Positions 60,767-64,000 of a stretch of 64,000 bases of DNA are shown here, in pieces. Source of the DNA: Candidatus Coprovivens sp. GTDB taxonomy: Bacteria; Bacillota_I; Bacilli_A; RF39; UBA660. Where the stretch lies: the NCBI GenBank assembly GCA_051892935.1, contig JBJFGS010000011.1:1-64000 (forward strand), written 5' to 3'. The translations under genes were made by a program, and so were the position numbers. The notes beneath the pieces are model-generated. The model was not told where the DNA came from. It searched no databases and was given only the letters and a program-made list of their open reading frames with translations. Position 1 is the stretch's first letter. Each line of letters begins with the position of its first letter.

Positions 60767-62272
60767 CTAATGACATCTTTTTTCTAATTTCTTCTCTTGA
60801 TTTTCCTTTTGCTCACTAATTGTTTTCAAAACCCTTAATAATCTTAATCTTTCAATATCTTTATCTAAATCATTCTCATCTATAAATTTTTCAACTTGAA
60901 ATCTATTATTGAAAATACTAATTCCATTACTTATTCCTATATCAGCTAAAAAACGTAGAAGTGAAGAATCATCACTAGATAAGAAATGAGAATTACATAA
61001 AATACATGTCAAAGCATCTATATCAAACAAATACTTAGTAGGTTCTTCATAATATTGTTGTCTTCTAACACGATATAATGCTTTAATAAATTTTTTTGAA
61101 TCTAATTGAATACTACACATATCATATAAATCATACAATACTTCAATAAAAGACTCTCTACTAATAGCTCCATCAGTTGGTTCAATCTTTTCTCTACCAA
61201 TTAATTCTAAAATTTTATTAACTTTAGTATCAGTTAATAATTTTAGTAATAAAAACATATCTAAATTTTCACTTTCAATGCTTTGTTCTAGTTTTTCTAT
61301 GTTATTTACATCAAAATATTTATAGTTTAAAGGAAAATAATTTTTGCTAGAAAGTCTACAAATCTCATCATATGTTTTGGCAAAAAAACGATAACTAAAC
61401 AAAAAACTATTATTATCATCTTTTTTACAATCAAAAGTAGGATCAAAAAAATATAATCCATCAATATCATATTTTTCATCAACCAAGTATACAAGATTTC
61501 TAACATGACCACTCATAGAATTATAAGCTAAACAAAAAATCATACTATTTATTCCAAGTTTATCACAAACAGCTTTAAAAATATTAGCAAATCCTAAACA
61601 AACTATTTTATCCCCTAACAATGAAGAAGTTAAATCTCTAGACAAGGTAGCTTTATCACCAACTTGCTCTTCAACATAAAATCGATCTCTAATTAAATCA
61701 TAAACACATATTAGTTCTTCAAAAGGACTATAACCATACGATTTAACTCTATTAACAATTTGATTAATTCCATAAATAGTACGTTCATATTCATTAATAG
61801 TAACTAATTCCTCATTACCAGATACTTTTAATTTTACATTAGGAAAATACTTAAAATACTCTTTTAACTCATTCAATAATTTTTCATCCAAATCAATATA
61901 ACTACCCAAAATAATATTTTTATCTTTAAATAATTCATAGTTTTTTCTCAAGAACTTTCCAATACTCTTCACATCACCAAAGAAATAAAAATCCGAATTA
62001 TCAGTATAAAAAGATTGATTTTCAATCTGCTCCCTAACAATTTCATAAACTTGATGTTCATCTTCAAAAGCAAAATCTAATTTCAAAATCTCAATTGACT
62101 CTTTAACAACTGCTAAATTAGCTTTATTATTTATCGCATCGATAAATGATTCATTGTCTTTAAAATACATATCAATTGCATAAGAATAATCTTTATATAT
62201 ACTAATACCAACACTTATTTTTTCATTTAATATAGGACTGTCATTAATAAAAATATTTACATAACCACCCAT
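60767..62272 (-). CDS. transglutaminase-like (Cys-His-Asp) domain protein
   Basis: IVCLGFANIF...LGI, GHVRNLVY, FFDPTFD. Confidence 0.8.
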   Translation of the reverse strand: MGGYVNIFINDSPILNEKISVGISIYKDYSYAIDMYFKDNESFIDAINNKANLAVVKESIEILKLDFAFEDEHQVYEIVREQIENQSFYTDNSDFYFFGDVKSIGKFLRKNYELFKDKNIILGSYIDLDEKLLNELKEYFKYFPNVKLKVSGNEELVTINEYERTIYGINQIVNRVKSYGYSPFEELICVYDLIRDRFYVEEQVGDKATLSRDLTSSLLGDKIVCLGFANIFKAVCDKLGINSMIFCLAYNSMSGHVRNLVYLVDEKYDIDGLYFFDPTFDCKKDDNNSFLFSYRFFAKTYDEICRLSSKNYFPLNYKYFDVNNIEKLEQSIESENLDMFLLLKLLTDTKVNKILELIGREKIEPTDGAISRESFIEVLYDLYDMCSIQLDSKKFIKALYRVRRQQYYEEPTKYLFDIDALTCILCNSHFLSSDDSSLLRFLADIGISNGISIFNNRFQVEKFIDENDLDKDIERLRLLRVLKTISEQKENQEKKLEKRCH

Positions 62273-62416
62273 ATAAAACACCCCTTAAAGCAAGAGAATA
62301 ATACCATACTTGCCAAATAAAAACAAATATTTCCCCATTTAAAAGCATTAATTAATTGACTTTATGCTTTACTTGTGTTAAAGTTGGTAATGAAATGAAT
62401 TTAAGGAGGCGTAACT

Positions 62417-62593
62417 ATGGCAAAAAAAGTAAGTACAAAAAAACCTTTAAGTGGTAATAGAAGAAGTCATGCTTTAAATGCAACTAAACATGCTCAAAAG
62501 CCAAACTTCCAAAAAGTAACTATCAATGGTACAAAAGTTGTTTTAACTGCTAGAGAAGCTAGAACAATGAAAAAAGAAGAAGAACAATCATAA
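62417..62593 (+). CDS. rpmB: 50S ribosomal protein L28
   Basis: Below the ORF-track cutoff. RBS AAGGAGG; MAKKVSTKKPLSGNRRSHALNATKHAQKPNFQKV...TAREART. Confidence 0.93.
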   Translation: MAKKVSTKKPLSGNRRSHALNATKHAQKPNFQKVTINGTKVVLTAREARTMKKEEEQS

Positions 62594-62615
62594 TTAATTA
62601 TAATTATACAAATTA

Positions 62616-62641
62616 AAAAGTTCTCTAAAGAACTTTTTTTT
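62616..62641 (+). terminator. terminator after rpmB
   Basis: AAAAGTTCT-CTAA-AGAACTTTT continuing into a T8 run. Confidence 0.7.
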
Positions 62642-62689
62642 GTGTAATAATTTATAATAGCAAAACTATTTAACAAAAAAAATTAACTA

Positions 62690-62893
62690 CTATTTAATAG
62701 TAATTAATCCCTTTTCCACTTCCTCTAAAGCACGCCCTATTTCTTTTTTGTTAACATATTCATTTTGTTTCATTTGAAAATGTTTATTTTCTAACATTTG
62801 TTTACTTCTTCTAGAAGCAATATGAACAAGTTTGTACTTAGAATCGACAATATTTAATAATTTGTCTATAGATGGATACATCACATTAATCAC
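62690..62893 (-). CDS. rpoZ: RNA polymerase omega subunit
   Basis: MYPSIDKLL..VDSKYKLV..ASRR...ALEE. Confidence 0.93.
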   Translation of the reverse strand: MINVMYPSIDKLLNIVDSKYKLVHIASRRSKQMLENKHFQMKQNEYVNKKEIGRALEEVEKGLITIK

Positions 62894-62980
62894 GCCCTTA
62901 CACTAATATCATACATAATTTTTACATATTTATATAGTATTTAAACATTTTTTTACAAATATTTTACAAAAAAAGAAAGG

Positions 62981-63349
62981 TTATTCTTCAATAACCTTTG
63001 CAGAGATAGTACCATCTTCTTTATAAACTAATTTTATTTTTAAACCATTTAAATTATTCTTACTATTTCTAGGATCACTTACATTCCCCTCAGTATCATC
63101 AGCAACATAATAACCATTTTCTACTAAATCACCCAAAGTTATTATTAAACTTCCATCTTCTTTTAATGCACTTAATGTTTGCCCGTATAATTCAGCTTGT
63201 CTTTCTGCAACAGCTACAATTTGATTGAAATAAATTCCTGAACGATCTTTATAAGCATAAGATGTCGAAGATAATATAACAATCGTAAAAAGTCCTAACA
63301 CTCCAATAATAGATAACAATTCAATTGTCGTATAACCATTCTTATTCAT
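62981..63349 (-). CDS. type IV pilin / ComG-like prepilin
   Basis: MNKNG|YTTIELL class III signal; ITLGDLVENGY and DPRN typical of Gram-positive pilins. Confidence 0.8.
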   Translation of the reverse strand: MNKNGYTTIELLSIIGVLGLFTIVILSSTSYAYKDRSGIYFNQIVAVAERQAELYGQTLSALKEDGSLIITLGDLVENGYYVADDTEGNVSDPRNSKNNLNGLKIKLVYKEDGTISAKVIEE

Positions 63350-63426
63350 ATACTTCACCCATAATAATTATATCATATATTATCAAGTATTTATAAAAAA
63401 GTAATTTAATAAATTACTAAATTACT

Positions 63427-64000
63427 TTAATTTTGGAAATTAATCTGTTCATTTTTTATTAATGAATAACAAATAAGTTTATCAGAAGTTAAATCCTCCT
63501 TATGCATATCCACAGCATTAATTTGATGATTATCATAAGTAGTATAATAATATATTCCTTTATCAGTATTACAACAAGATGTATAAATTGTTATTTCATA
63601 TTTATTATCACCTAAATTGCAGCATCCTCTTTGTTGATCAACTGAATTCAAAATATGAAAAAATTGACTAACGCTTTGCTCTTCTGAATCTTGTGAAAGA
63701 GAATTCATTTTTACAAAAGCTACCCTAACAAATCTTGATTGACTTGATAAGTCTCCAGGTAAACCAATAGCTCCCATTCCTCGACTATACTTATCAAGTT
63801 GAAGATCACCACCAAAATTACAATCAGTATCCTTATTAGATAAATGCCTATAATTATTTAAAGCAGCCATTTGTTTATCAAAAGGCGGATTATTTGTTAA
63901 AACACCAACAGGATTATCATAAACTTTAATACCATCACTTACCGACTCAACAGTAATTGATTCATTCTTATCAGATATAATCCAATGCAATTGTGCTAAT
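63427..64000 (-). CDS. bsh: choloylglycine (bile salt) hydrolase family, partial; start lies outside the window
   Basis: HWIISD, DNPVGVLTNNPPF, YSRGMGAIGLPGDLSSQSRFVR, YEITIYTSC. Confidence 0.9.
   Translation of the reverse strand, partial: LAQLHWIISDKNESITVESVSDGIKVYDNPVGVLTNNPPFDKQMAALNNYRHLSNKDTDCNFGGDLQLDKYSRGMGAIGLPGDLSSQSRFVRVAFVKMNSLSQDSEEQSVSQFFHILNSVDQQRGCCNLGDNKYEITIYTSCCNTDKGIYYYTTYDNHQINAVDMHKEDLTSDKLICYSLIKNEQINFQN

Noticed and set aside
6080-62676. Short ORF-track entries antisense to or nested in long genes (e.g. 6080, 6520, 8604, 9796, 11185, 13505, 14631, 17170, 24141, 27028, 28879, 31412, 31983, 38357, 38817, 42127, 44267, 44692, 46309, 48070, 48415, 50930, 51551, 61327, 62494)
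   Set aside because: Shadow frames with no evident RBS and no recognisable motifs. 9796 and 11185 resemble each other only because of the DNA repeat; 62494 is antisense to rpmB.
1-64000. Mollicute genetic code 4 (TGA=Trp)
   Set aside because: rimM, the Fic gene and the C26 gene end at TGA at plausible lengths, and long genes are uninterrupted under code 11.

Overview
Very AT-rich bacterial chromosome segment with most genes on the minus strand. TGA serves as a stop codon. Gene content (FemAB/MurM, amidase, both PolC and DnaE, NPxTxD-anchored surface proteins, bile-salt hydrolase) points to a walled, reduced gut Bacillota, probably RF39-like Bacilli (inference). Housekeeping genes (pgi, lepB, rplS-trmD-rimM, rpmF-yceD/tmcAL, mutM, polA, polC, dnaE, rpmB, rpoZ, tRNA-Thr) alternate with large surface proteins and orphans. 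I found no CRISPR array, rRNA, transposase or integrase. Main observations: (1) two unrelated surface-protein genes share a two-proteins-in-one-ORF architecture: signal peptide, small beta domain, internal NPxT..D sorting motif with TM and basic patch, an immediate second signal peptide, then an unanchored adhesin starting with a candidate donor beta-strand; (2) an unannotated 26-aa leader peptide with competing terminator/antiterminator helices precedes an ABC exporter; (3) a 1-nt frameshift at a T6 tract removes the signal peptide of one of these adhesins; (4) PolC is 1929 aa with several non-intein insertions, one resembling a winged helix; (5) a 7-bp VNTR lies in the 5' UTR of a membrane-anchored XRE regulator. 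All assignments come from reading motifs by eye; no searches were run.
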